Positions 1 through 9,243 of a DNA stretch of 64,000 nucleotides are shown piece by piece. A model generated the notes under the pieces. It saw only the letters and a program-made list of their open reading frames with translations, was not told the origin of the DNA and made no database searches. The translations under genes and the position numbers were made by a program. Source of the stretch: a virus (lineage: Duplodnaviria > Caudoviricetes); IMG/VR virus record IMGVR_UViG_2724679359_000002, positions 1 through 64,000 of that record; one strand, given 5' to 3'. Within the stretch, counting starts at the first letter, position 1; each line of letters begins with the position of its first letter.

Positions 1-216
1 TCAGAACATAACCACCTGGCCGCCGGTTTGTGGGTGAGGCATTACAGGGTTAATCTCGCCGGGCTTGGAGATTGAACGCATAAAACTTTCCATCGTCACA
101 AAGGTATGACCGCAATTCACATTGATGCACTGGTGATAGCGCTCTTTGGTTTCTGTGGTGATCTGGCTGCTGCTGCGGGTATGGGCTGCACTGTGGCATA
201 AGGGACAATTGAACAT
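1..216 (-). CDS. ogr: Ogr/Delta family zinc-finger late-gene activator
   Basis: CPLC...AAHTRSS...KERYHQCINVNCGHTF motif; located after D. Confidence 0.92.
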   Translation of the reverse strand: MFNCPLCHSAAHTRSSSQITTETKERYHQCINVNCGHTFVTMESFMRSISKPGEINPVMPHPQTGGQVVMF

Positions 217-290
217 GATCCGGACTCCGGCATCATCCCGGCTATGGCCGGTGTTAATGATAATTATGCGTTATTATTGATTAAAAATCA

Positions 291-1397
291 TCATTCCATA
301 TCCAAATCATCTATTTTCACCTCTAATTCCAGCGCGGTAGTAAAGCCGCTATCACTCACGGAATGGGTCACGGTGACCAGCGTCCAATCAGCCTCATCAA
401 TCTGCTTTTTGAATCCGATCACCTTAACCGGCACTTCTGGATAGAGATCTGCGCGTCCCTTGGCAAGCTGAATAGAGAATTTTGCCGCGCCACGTTGCAG
501 CCGTTCCCAATTCGATTTAGCTGCTCGCTGTGCATTGTGTTTGTTGGCGTAAGTGGTGCGCAAGGTCAGCACATTCTCATCAGTGCCGATCAAGTATTCG
601 CCCTGTTTCTCTTCCGGTTCTTTTGGCTTGGCGGTGGTTGTTGCTTTACTTTTGCGCTTACGCTTTACCTTTACCTCCGGTTTTTCGGTGGTGCGGGTAT
701 TAAGCCAGTTTGCCACCACACCGGTATAAGCGCCCCGGTCAGCCATACTAAATTGATGGCCATCGCCCAGGCTGCGGATAATCATCATCACCGGAATGGG
801 TTTACCGCTGGCGGTTTTTGCCTGGCCTTGGCGAATAAATAACAAGTTGCCATTTTTCACGGCGGCAATAGCACCGTATTGTTTTGCTAATCGGGTAATT
901 AAATTGCCGTCTGATTCATTGGTTTGGTCTATATGGTCGACGGTTAAATCAGACATGGTTTTATTTAATGTGGCCGTGAGTTTATTGCGCTCGGCAATTA
1001 TTTTAATCATCCCGCCAATGGTGGTTTTATGATAAGACTGGTCACGGCGAATATTGAGCGTTTCACGAAAATCAGCACTGCGGGCGCGAATAGTCAGCTT
1101 ATCCGGCGCGCCGCTGTGTTCTATTTCATCCACGGTGAACGTGCCTTTATCAATCAGCGCCGCCCCTTGCCAGCCTAGCGCCACTGCTATTTTAGCCCCG
1201 CGTCGGGGTAGCACTAATTGGCCGTCTGAATCATCCAGTTCTATATCAAGCTGATCCGCTTCAAAACCCCGGTTATCGGTCAGGGTTAAGGACATCAGGC
1301 GTTCTTTAATACCATCACTTTTATCTATTCCATCTACGGTAATAGAATAATCCGGCGCGTTATGGCCGTTATTTAACAGGCTATCTATCATCGTCAT
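291..1397 (-). CDS. D: P2 gpD tail/baseplate hub protein
   Basis: LTDNRGFEADQLDIELDD motif; synteny. Confidence 0.92.
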   Translation of the reverse strand: MTMIDSLLNNGHNAPDYSITVDGIDKSDGIKERLMSLTLTDNRGFEADQLDIELDDSDGQLVLPRRGAKIAVALGWQGAALIDKGTFTVDEIEHSGAPDKLTIRARSADFRETLNIRRDQSYHKTTIGGMIKIIAERNKLTATLNKTMSDLTVDHIDQTNESDGNLITRLAKQYGAIAAVKNGNLLFIRQGQAKTASGKPIPVMMIIRSLGDGHQFSMADRGAYTGVVANWLNTRTTEKPEVKVKRKRKSKATTTAKPKEPEEKQGEYLIGTDENVLTLRTTYANKHNAQRAAKSNWERLQRGAAKFSIQLAKGRADLYPEVPVKVIGFKKQIDEADWTLVTVTHSVSDSGFTTALELEVKIDDLDME

Positions 1398-1858
1398 GAT
1401 AATAATCCGCTGGCGGCATCAGAGACTTGAGAGGCGATATCGTCAAATTGCTGGGATAAATCACCAAACATCTCTTTTAATGATTCATCGGTACGTTTCA
1501 GTGTGAGGGTAAATTCAATTTTGCGTGCCGATCCGTCACTGAAAAATATACTTTTGGTACGGCTAAGACTCTCAATCACAAACATGCCGTGAATAGCACC
1601 GTTCCCCTCAATTAATGACCATGCCTTGCCGGTTTCAGCCATCAGTTGCAAGGCCATCAATGAGACCTTGCCGCCGGTCAATTCAGGGTATAACACGCCG
1701 GATAGGGTAATTGATTCTTCATCTGGCCCTAAAAACTGGCTTGACGGGCGTAAACCAATACGCGCATTGGACGGGTGACGCCATGCCATTTGATGCTGAA
1801 AATCTTGATAGGGGACGGTTTGCAGCATAAATACAAACATCCCTAACGCCATCATCAT
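1394..1858 (-). CDS. U: P2 gpU tail protein
   Basis: MMALGMFVF...ITLSGVLYPELTGG; synteny. Confidence 0.92.
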   Translation of the reverse strand: MMMALGMFVFMLQTVPYQDFQHQMAWRHPSNARIGLRPSSQFLGPDEESITLSGVLYPELTGGKVSLMALQLMAETGKAWSLIEGNGAIHGMFVIESLSRTKSIFFSDGSARKIEFTLTLKRTDESLKEMFGDLSQQFDDIASQVSDAASGLLS

Positions 1859-1869
1859 GTTATTACTCC

Positions 1870-4797
1870 TTAGTCGTCATGGTCTTGATAACTGCGGTTT
1901 GATTTACTTTGTGTCTGGCGCTGATAGGCCGCTAACTGGCGGGCTACCTCGCGCGCGATATCTTGCGCGTCATGTTGTGGTAGCGGGTAAATATTGATAA
2001 TGGGCGCACCAGTGCTGACTTGGTTTTGCTGTTGGTTGCCGGATTGGCCGTTATTGTGATTGCGGTACTGTGTCGCCGGTAAACTGTACGGATGAAGCGG
2101 GGCGGCGGCAGCTTGATAGCCACTGAATAACATGGACGCGGCAACCGCCATGGCGGCAGTATTGCGGCGGCCAGTGATGTGTGCCGGGCCGTTAATAATC
2201 TCCGGCCCATGCTCACCGACTACGCCAAATTTACCCAGCGGGATAGTGCCGCCGTTATCATATTCACCGGTATATTTCGCGGCGATATCAGCGGCACTGT
2301 TACCCTTTGGCGCGGGCTTCCATGTAATGCCGTAATTACCTGCGGCGGCAGCTACCGCCGGATTGCTCTGTGCCAGTTCGCGGGTTTTCTCGGAGCGCTG
2401 TTTCACCTCATCCAGTTTTTCCAGCACCCATTTAATAGATGAAATCAGTGCGTTAAGGGGGGTCATGGCAAAGCTGATACCATCGGCCAGAAATTTACCG
2501 AAAGATTTACCGGCATCGGCAGCGCTGTTTAAATCGGCGGTGGTGGATTGCACCGGCTCCAGTAATTTTTTAAACCAGTTCCACACGCTTTTAACTGCAT
2601 CGCCGATCCAGTCAAACACCGGCCCCAGCGGTTTCAATGCCTCTTTAATTGGGGCGGCGGCTTGCATAAAGCCATCCACTACACCGCCTAAAAACGCCTT
2701 AATCGGATTCCAATACTTGTAAATCAGCAAGCCCGCACCGGCGATGGCCGCACCAATCAGGCCGATAGGGCTGATTAAGATCCCGAACATGCCCCCTAAG
2801 CCGCCAAGAGCAAAGCGCAGGAATTTAAGCGGAGATTTAGCCAGCCAGCTAACGGCATTGCCCAACATTTTAAAACCGCTGATAGCGGATTTAACCGGAG
2901 AACGCACCACATTAACCAGACCATTACCCAGCCCTTTAAGGGTGGCAATCGCCGACTGACCGCCATTTTTAGACAGGGTAAGCAGTGAGCGGCTAAAGTT
3001 GCCGATCTGCTGGGCGGTTATCGGAGTAGTGCTCGCCAGTCTGGAGATACCAAACGACAGCTGCGGCAACAATCGGATGCCTAATACTGAGGTAGTAAAA
3101 CGCAGTAGGGCGAATGGCCCCAAAATACCGACAACGGCGATAGCCAATGCACCGAATGCGGCGGTCGCAATAGCGACAGCAGTACCCACCTGCACAATGC
3201 CAAGGCTGATTTTTGGATGGGCTTTGAGGAATTCGGCCACACCATGCATAAACTCGGTAATGCTTTTGGCTGTTGACCTAAGCCATGCGTCATTTTTCTC
3301 AAACAGTTCAACGCTGACGTTTTCCAAGGCGGCATGAATAATGGTCATATCGCCTTTCAGGTTGTCCAGCTTAGTCGCCGCTACGCGAGCCGCTTCGCCA
3401 TCATACTCACCGGGCTGACCACGCATCTTATCTAACGAGCCATTACCGGCGGCGTGCATTAACACACCAAAACCGGTGACAGCATATTGCCCGGCAATGT
3501 TTTTAAAGATAGCGCCGCGTTCAACGTTACCCATTTTGGCGGTTTTATCACTGATATCTTTGAGGATATCCACCAAATTGCGCATATTGCCGTTCTTATC
3601 GGCGGTCTTAACCCCTAAATCGCTGACCGCTTTAGAGTTACCAATGCGACTTAAAATACTGCGCATGGTGGTACCGGCCTGACTGCCCTGAATACCGGCG
3701 CTACCTAGCATGGCGGTAGACGCTGCGACTGTCTCCAAACTCTGCCCGTACTCCCGGCCAACGCCGCCGGAATACTTCATAGACTCGCCCAGCATCGGGA
3801 TATCCACGTTATTACGGGTGAATAACGCGGTGAGCACATCAGCCACCCGATCCATTTTCTCTGCCGGAATCCCCATCGCGGTTTGAATATTGGAAGCAAT
3901 ATCGGCGGTAGTACCGAGATCAATATCACCGGCTGCTGCCAAATTCAGCATACCCGGCATCGCGTCTAATACCTGTTTCGGGCTATAACCAGTACGACCA
4001 AGGAAATATTGCCCTTGTGCCACTTCCAGATCGGTAAATTTAGAAGAGAGCGGCAAGGTGCGGGCCTGATGGCGCATCGCCTGCATATCTGCTGAATTTT
4101 TATCAGGAATGCGGGTAACGGCCTGAGTTTTACTCATCATACCGTCAAATTCATAGCCAACATGCAGCGCTCCGGCTATCCCACGCCCCATGGCGCGGCC
4201 AGTTGAGAGCGAGGTGTAGCCCAATCCAGCGGCAATGGCTTTGCGCTGATTACTGCTATCGAAGCGGTTACGGGCAGCACTAAGGCGCTGTTGTTGCTGC
4301 GCTTGCTGATCTAACCGGCGCTGCTGTGCGGTCAGCGCGGCAGTGGTATTAGTAATATTGGCTTTAAGGGATCGCTGAGCCTGAGCTAATCGATTGGTGG
4401 CAATGCCGCTGCTTTGTAATGCGGTGCGCTGGGTATGTAGCGCGGTGCGTAAGTCATGGTATTTTTGTTTTAGTTTCGCAGCCTCTTCACTGGCGCGTTT
4501 AAACTCTCTGGCCTGTTTAGCGGTGGGGGCGGCACTGTTTTTTAATTCGGTGGCAAGCTGACGCGCTTTATCACGGGCAGCGGTCAGCGCCTGAGCGGCA
4601 CCATTAACCGCCGCTTTATTCTTGCGAAAGCCCTCAATATTAGCCGCCTGGCTATTGAGTTGCTTAAGCTCTTGTTTGGAATTTTTAATAGATTCGGCCA
4701 GCATCTTATTGCTGGCCAACATAGATTTAAATGGCTTGGTAACTTTATCAATGGCACTTAAAGAAACCTGCAAACGGAGGTTCTTGTCACTCATCAC
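1870..4797 (-). CDS. T: Tail tape measure protein (975 aa)
   Basis: Ala/Gly-rich helical protein with TP901-type core (GIQGSQAGTTMR, DNLKGD); synteny. Confidence 0.92.
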   Translation of the reverse strand: MMSDKNLRLQVSLSAIDKVTKPFKSMLASNKMLAESIKNSKQELKQLNSQAANIEGFRKNKAAVNGAAQALTAARDKARQLATELKNSAAPTAKQAREFKRASEEAAKLKQKYHDLRTALHTQRTALQSSGIATNRLAQAQRSLKANITNTTAALTAQQRRLDQQAQQQQRLSAARNRFDSSNQRKAIAAGLGYTSLSTGRAMGRGIAGALHVGYEFDGMMSKTQAVTRIPDKNSADMQAMRHQARTLPLSSKFTDLEVAQGQYFLGRTGYSPKQVLDAMPGMLNLAAAGDIDLGTTADIASNIQTAMGIPAEKMDRVADVLTALFTRNNVDIPMLGESMKYSGGVGREYGQSLETVAASTAMLGSAGIQGSQAGTTMRSILSRIGNSKAVSDLGVKTADKNGNMRNLVDILKDISDKTAKMGNVERGAIFKNIAGQYAVTGFGVLMHAAGNGSLDKMRGQPGEYDGEAARVAATKLDNLKGDMTIIHAALENVSVELFEKNDAWLRSTAKSITEFMHGVAEFLKAHPKISLGIVQVGTAVAIATAAFGALAIAVVGILGPFALLRFTTSVLGIRLLPQLSFGISRLASTTPITAQQIGNFSRSLLTLSKNGGQSAIATLKGLGNGLVNVVRSPVKSAISGFKMLGNAVSWLAKSPLKFLRFALGGLGGMFGILISPIGLIGAAIAGAGLLIYKYWNPIKAFLGGVVDGFMQAAAPIKEALKPLGPVFDWIGDAVKSVWNWFKKLLEPVQSTTADLNSAADAGKSFGKFLADGISFAMTPLNALISSIKWVLEKLDEVKQRSEKTRELAQSNPAVAAAAGNYGITWKPAPKGNSAADIAAKYTGEYDNGGTIPLGKFGVVGEHGPEIINGPAHITGRRNTAAMAVAASMLFSGYQAAAAPLHPYSLPATQYRNHNNGQSGNQQQNQVSTGAPIINIYPLPQHDAQDIAREVARQLAAYQRQTQSKSNRSYQDHDD

Positions 4798-4967
4798 TGC
4801 CCCCGTTACGGATAATGGCCTTATGTCGCCATGCTAAAAGCTCACCAATGGTCATGGGATCGGTAGCTGATGGCGGCCAATGGAATACCACCGCAATATC
4901 AGCCATCAAATCGTCAACCGTTAGGCATTCAGGAAATCGGACTTGACCGAGTTCGGCAAGAAAAAAA
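4787..4967 (-). CDS. gpE' extension reached by -1 programmed frameshift
   Basis: Minus-strand T7 run at 4961-4967; the -1 frame reads ...VDDLMADIAVVFHWPPS...WRHKA to a stop at 4787, as in P2 E+E'. Confidence 0.85.
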
Positions 4968-5232
4968 GCGCCAGTGCCTGAGACAGTGCGTAGATATCAG
5001 CCGGATCAAGATTGCTGATTTCTGGCACGGTCAGGTTCGGGGTAGTGATACGCGGTAGCACTCGTATCAGCGCGTCAACATCGGTATCTAACAGCGCTTG
5101 CAACTTGGCCCCGCGTAATGCGCCAGCGGTGGGTTTATTCACCGTGACTTCGGTGATGGTGGTATTACCCCGGATAATGGGGACGTCCAGTGTGATCACA
5201 TTAAATTGGGGTTCAGTCGTGTCTTTTTTCAT
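4921..5232 (-). CDS. E: Tail assembly chaperone gpE
   Basis: LIRVLPRITTP motif; between FII and T. Confidence 0.88.
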   Translation of the reverse strand: MKKDTTEPQFNVITLDVPIIRGNTTITEVTVNKPTAGALRGAKLQALLDTDVDALIRVLPRITTPNLTVPEISNLDPADIYALSQALALFFLPNSVKSDFLNA

Positions 5233-5264
5233 AATAATTATCCGATTAAAAGTTAGGAGGTTAA

Positions 5265-5370
5265 CCCGCGAGTGCGACGGGGCGACTGTTCCTACGGGCG
5301 CTCCGGCGGCCTAAGCCGCTACGACCCGAACGGAACATTTCCCCATCGATTGGGCTATCGCGACTCGTCA
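5265..5370. repeat. Structured palindromic intergenic insert (YPAL-like miniature element?)
   Basis: Nested inverted repeats TGTTCC/GGAACA, CGGG/CCCG and GCGGC-CTAA-GCCGC; absent from the equivalent spacer of prophage 2. Confidence 0.45.
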
Positions 5371-5392
5371 TCCACTCTCTGATGGAGGGATA

Positions 5393-5908
5393 TTACAGGC
5401 CAATATTGCGGCGGTGGGCTTCCAACATATCGACGCCGTTGACCATTTCGACCATATTCACAATATCGACCTCGATCAGCACTTCTCCGTCCCACGTCAA
5501 TTTGTAGTAGGTGTTTTTGGTGGAAATCTTGGTGGTGGTGTTATCACCTTGCTTGCTGTCACCGCCGTCAATTTCCTCATGACGGCCACGCATCACAATT
5601 TCTACCGCGTGAGTTTCACCGGTATCATCGCGCTGATAGGAGCCAGCAAAGCGCAGTAACACTCCATCGACCTTGGTGACGCCCCATTGCTTGTAGATCT
5701 CGGACTCAATACCGCCCAGCGTCCAGTCAACATCCAGCGCCCCGTCAGCCAGCCCCAAATCGACCTTAGCACTGCCGTTCATGCCGCCACCGCGAAACTC
5801 TTCAAATTTGCGGTTTAATTTTGGCAAGGTGATGGACTCAACCACCCCTTGATAGCTGTTCCCGTCATTGAATACATTCAGAAACTTAAGTTTGCGTGGT
5901 AATGCCAT
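5393..5908 (-). CDS. FII: Major tail tube protein
   Basis: MALPRKLK...RGGGMNG...LRFAGSYQRDDTGE. Confidence 0.95.
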   Translation of the reverse strand: MALPRKLKFLNVFNDGNSYQGVVESITLPKLNRKFEEFRGGGMNGSAKVDLGLADGALDVDWTLGGIESEIYKQWGVTKVDGVLLRFAGSYQRDDTGETHAVEIVMRGRHEEIDGGDSKQGDNTTTKISTKNTYYKLTWDGEVLIEVDIVNMVEMVNGVDMLEAHRRNIGL

Positions 5909-5919
5909 AATTAAGCTCC

Positions 5920-7095
5920 TTAGCTATTAACGGCGGCGGCGAAATTAGCCAGGTAACGATCGGTAATGCGCTGGCGCAGGGTTAAATCTTCCAGCGGCGG
6001 TACCGGTGTATAGTCGTAATCAATAAACAGGCGGCCCGCTTTGAGGGTGTCTTTATCGTTCACGCTGTCGTCATACCAGCAATCGCCATCAATCAGATAA
6101 CCCAATGATTTCAGCTCGCGCATTTTGGCGCGAATACCCTCAATAATGTCTTTTGCCAGTGACGGAGAGAGCGGCTTATCGTTAGCCCACATATGGGCCT
6201 CGGCCATGGTGTCAGCTAACACTTGAGCGGTACGGGTGTAGTTCTCAAAGGCAAACAACGGATCATCAGAACAAGAGCGGGAACCCCAGAAGCGATAGCC
6301 ATCTTTGCGGATCAGCGTGGTGACATCTTTGCTGTTGAGTAAATTGGCATCGGTGGCGCTGTTTTGCAGATCCCAGAATACATCAGCGCTAATGCCTGTG
6401 ACACCATTCACCCCGACGTTAGACAGCGTTTTATGCCAGCCAACATCATTATCAATTTTGGCGCGTAAGCCGAGGGCGCGGGCAGTGGCAAAGGCGGTAG
6501 TTTCGGCATTGGTGACCGTATCCCAACTGAGGAAATCCGGCCAAATCACCATGGCTTCCCGCTGGCTGAAATTATCACGGTAGATAATGGCCTCTTCTTT
6601 GGTTTTACAGCCATAGGCGCTGATGTAGGCAAAGGCTCGTAGGCTCTGAGCTATGGCAAGTAGTTCAGTAGCAACCGCTTTGGTGTCATGACCGGGCACC
6701 CCCAAGATGCGCGGTTTAACATCAAACTTACCCTGTGCCGCTAACAGCGCTTTCATGCCGGTATAGCGGCCATCTGGCGTGGAGCCGCCGATAATATTGG
6801 AGGTAGTTTCGGCTTCGGTTTCACCCTGAGCCACTCGGACAACAATAGTCACGGGCTTGGTTTGGTCGCTGATAGCATCCAGTGAATGGGCCAATGTGCC
6901 GGTTTCACCGGCCTTGCCGCTGGCGGCCAGCACATCGGTGAGTAATACCGGGGTATTGAGTGGAAACAGGGTGGCGTCAGCATCATCGGAGGTACAAACC
7001 ATCCCGACCACCGCCGTACTGACAGTGCGGATCGGGCGAGTGCCTTCGCTAATTTCAATGACGCGCACACCGTGGTGGTAATCGGTTGCAGACAT
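5920..7095 (-). CDS. FI: Major tail sheath protein
   Basis: [10 protein letters not shown]...[14 protein letters not shown]...[10 protein letters not shown]. Confidence 0.95.
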   Translation of the reverse strand: MSATDYHHGVRVIEISEGTRPIRTVSTAVVGMVCTSDDADATLFPLNTPVLLTDVLAASGKAGETGTLAHSLDAISDQTKPVTIVVRVAQGETEAETTSNIIGGSTPDGRYTGMKALLAAQGKFDVKPRILGVPGHDTKAVATELLAIAQSLRAFAYISAYGCKTKEEAIIYRDNFSQREAMVIWPDFLSWDTVTNAETTAFATARALGLRAKIDNDVGWHKTLSNVGVNGVTGISADVFWDLQNSATDANLLNSKDVTTLIRKDGYRFWGSRSCSDDPLFAFENYTRTAQVLADTMAEAHMWANDKPLSPSLAKDIIEGIRAKMRELKSLGYLIDGDCWYDDSVNDKDTLKAGRLFIDYDYTPVPPLEDLTLRQRITDRYLANFAAAVNS

Positions 7096-7166
7096 ACGGT
7101 TTTCTCCGGTTAAGCGTTCATTCGCTATGATGCCGGATAACTACGCGCGGGGCAGTGGGTGGGGGT

Positions 7167-7184
7167 TGTGTGAGGGGTGGCACA
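7167..7184 (-). promoter_or_regulatory. Ogr-dependent late promoter site (pF)
   Basis: TGT-N12-ACA upstream of FI. Confidence 0.8.
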
Positions 7185-7397
7185 AAAAAACAGATACACA
7201 GATTCAGCGATATTCTCCGCATAAAAACCGACTACATCACGAATATGAGCACTATGCAGTGTTTCGTGCTGTAGCCGGTTTTGGCGGTATAACCCTTATA
7301 TATCATTGTGTTTACGGATCAACTCCTACAGATTCAAGATTATTGTGGATAGGCTCACCGTCAATAAATCTATTTCAGTAGTGACCTATCTATTGTG

Positions 7398-7592
7398 TTA
7401 GAGGGCGAACGCTAATTCTAGCGGCTCCTCGCTATCCCGCAGATAAGTGCTGCGTAACGCATCAATTTGTTGCCACAAAATAAACGAAAGAATCTCTTTA
7501 GCATCGGCCCGATCTATGGTGACGATGGCGTAAATCAGCGCACGGCAGTGATCGATGAGTTCTTCTACTTCGCAGGGGGTGTCATCGAACAT
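7398..7592 (-). CDS. Hypothetical 64-aa helical protein downstream of the C4-like RNA
   Basis: GGAGG SD upstream; overlaps the stop of the 36-aa ORF. Confidence 0.65.
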   Translation of the reverse strand: MFDDTPCEVEELIDHCRALIYAIVTIDRADAKEILSFILWQQIDALRSTYLRDSEEPLELAFAL

Positions 7593-7692
7593 AGCGCACC
7601 TCCGGCAGCAGAGGGGCTGATGAAGAAACAGGTGTGGGAATAACTATGATATTGCTGGTAAATAATGATAGGCATTTAGTCGTCAAATCCAT
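7582..7692 (-). CDS. 36-aa small ORF (icd/kil-like position) under C4 control
   Basis: MDLTTKCLSLFTSNIIVIPTPVSSSAPLLPEVRYVR; its GAGAGG SD overlaps the b2-like target; not in the ORF track. Confidence 0.5.
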   Translation of the reverse strand: MDLTTKCLSLFTSNIIVIPTPVSSSAPLLPEVRYVR

Positions 7693-7754
7693 GATGACTA
7701 CCTCTCTGTATGAGTTTTTAAACTCACCACCTTGAGGTTCCAATCTCTTTATGG

Positions 7755-7834
7755 GTGGTGAACTGGGCAGGGTTGGAACTACCGGTCAACAGAGAATCCG
7801 GCGCATCTTGCGATGCCCCTGCCCAGCTCACCAT
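7755..7834 (-). ncRNA. C4/CI-type antisense RNA
   Basis: 16-bp closing stem GGTGAGCTGGGCAGGG/CCCTGCCCAGTTCACC, GCATC-GCAA-GATGC hairpin, CCGG hairpin with TCTCTGTTGA loop, GTTCCAA bulge; complementary TTGGAAC and CAACAG/ACAGAGA targets on both sides. Confidence 0.85.
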
Positions 7835-7967
7835 TGTTTTACAGATGTAGCTGTGCCTGCACATAATAACCGACTAGGCAGTCATGCGCCCTGTTGAAAA
7901 CGGGGTTCCAAACCCGACAGCGGATTTTGCCGCTGCGGCGTGACTATAGCCCAGCAAAGTTCTGCCG

Positions 7968-8140
7968 TGCAATCAGCTAGCATCACTTTAGGACAAACAT
8001 TTTTTGTGGAAAAATAGGGGGTTATCGTGGTGATGCGTTAAAGAATGGATGAGGCAACAAAGAGTAAGCAATAAAAAGGGAAAGGGGGAATAAACAGCGC
8101 AAACAGACGACGTTTAAGGCAACATCGCCTGTTAAAAATA
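7968..8140 (-). repeat. Terminator+promoter module, copy A
   Basis: Shares GCAATCA...CACTTTAGGACAAACATTTTTT and ACATCGCCYGTTAAAA blocks with 9086-9243. Confidence 0.75.
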
Positions 8141-8157
8141 GGGATTTAGCTAGCAAC

Positions 8158-8331
8158 TTAATGGCAAATTTGTGCCAGTTCTTTATCGCTTAGACCGGTC
8201 ATTTTCATTACTGTGGCACGGTCAAGACCATTGGCTAACATGGTACGGGCAATTTTCAGAGTGGCATTCTTCTCGCCCCTTGCTTCACCCCTTGTTTCAC
8301 CTTTTTGTTCCAGTTTTTGTGCAATTGTCAT
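8158..8331 (-). CDS. Internal in-frame small protein (RpnS-like antitoxin, 57 aa)
   Basis: GAGGAG SD 6 nt before an internal ATG (MTIAQKLEQ...), matching the described Rpn long/short architecture. Confidence 0.7.
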   Translation of the reverse strand: MTIAQKLEQKGETRGEARGEKNATLKIARTMLANGLDRATVMKMTGLSDKELAQICH

Positions 8332-9054
8332 CAGTGACTCCTCATGCTGCGGTAAGCGGTTGGCCAGGCTGCGGAGGAACGCTTCTGGGTCTGCCGTATC
8401 ACCAACCTGTATGATGTAATTTATCGCCGCTTTTAGTTGATCTTCTGTAGTGTAACCACTTGCTATCAGCATGACCAGTTGATCCGATAATTCGGATAGG
8501 TCACGTTGACGAATGTGTTTCTGCAACAGCTCCAGAATGGCGACATGCTTATGTGTCATGATTTCGTCATCGGGGATAACGGTCACATCAATCAACGGAA
8601 AGTTGCCGCCATATAGCTGTCCGGCAAGTGTGGGTACGCTGAACGCTTGTAACCAGCTCATGGGATACGGATACGGCGTGACCCTCCCATGATAGAACAA
8701 TATGGGAATGACCAGCGGCAACTGGTCGTTCCCCGCTTCCAAGTGGCTCTGCATGGCAGCAATAGCGTAGCGCATCAGGCGAAAAGCCATATGTTTATCA
8801 GGGGAACTTTGATGTTCAATGAGGGCGTAAACATAACCGTCCCCCGCAGTTGTTTTGAGCGAGTAGAGCACGTCCGAGTAGCAAGCGCGCAGGTTGTTTT
8901 CAATAAAACTGCCCGATTCCAGCCGTAAGGTGCTCAGGTCACAAAGTTGCCGCAATTCAGGCGGTAAATGGAACTCCAGCAGGTCACACGCCGTCGCGGG
9001 CTGGGTCATAAAATTCTTAAAAAGTGCATCATGGGGGGTAGGGGTCGTTTTCAT
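8158..9054 (-). CDS. Rpn/YhgA-family PD-(D/E)XK nuclease (long form, RpnL)
   Basis: TPHDALFK, SDVLYS, LIEHQS, MAFRLMRY, LPLVIPILFYHG motifs; C-terminal IARTMLANG...MTGLS. Confidence 0.93.
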   Translation of the reverse strand: MKTTPTPHDALFKNFMTQPATACDLLEFHLPPELRQLCDLSTLRLESGSFIENNLRACYSDVLYSLKTTAGDGYVYALIEHQSSPDKHMAFRLMRYAIAAMQSHLEAGNDQLPLVIPILFYHGRVTPYPYPMSWLQAFSVPTLAGQLYGGNFPLIDVTVIPDDEIMTHKHVAILELLQKHIRQRDLSELSDQLVMLIASGYTTEDQLKAAINYIIQVGDTADPEAFLRSLANRLPQHEESLMTIAQKLEQKGETRGEARGEKNATLKIARTMLANGLDRATVMKMTGLSDKELAQICH

Positions 9055-9085
9055 CGGGCGATAATAGTCATGGTGATCAGTGTGA

Positions 9086-9243
9086 GCAATCACTCCGCAC
9101 CACTTTAGGACAAACATTTTTTCTATTTAAAATAATGAGTTATCGATATGAATAAGAAAGAACAAACAATCACAGCGAGGAATAAATAAGGTACGAAAAA
9201 TAGCAGAAATAAGGCGACATCAACGCGACATCGCCCGTTAAAA
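9086..9243 (-). repeat. Terminator+promoter module, copy B
   Basis: Imperfect direct repeat of 7968-8140; its TTGCTC -35 starts a TTGCTC-N17-TATTAT promoter just before the rpn ATG. Confidence 0.75.

Noticed and set aside
7127-7381. 84-aa plus-strand ORF upstream of FI
   Set aside because: Overlaps the pF promoter and Ogr site; no RBS or recognisable motif.
8158-9117. Rpn gene as an IS transposase with flanking repeats
   Set aside because: No terminal inverted repeats or target-site duplication; the family is a PD-(D/E)XK nuclease, and the flanks look like terminator/promoter modules.
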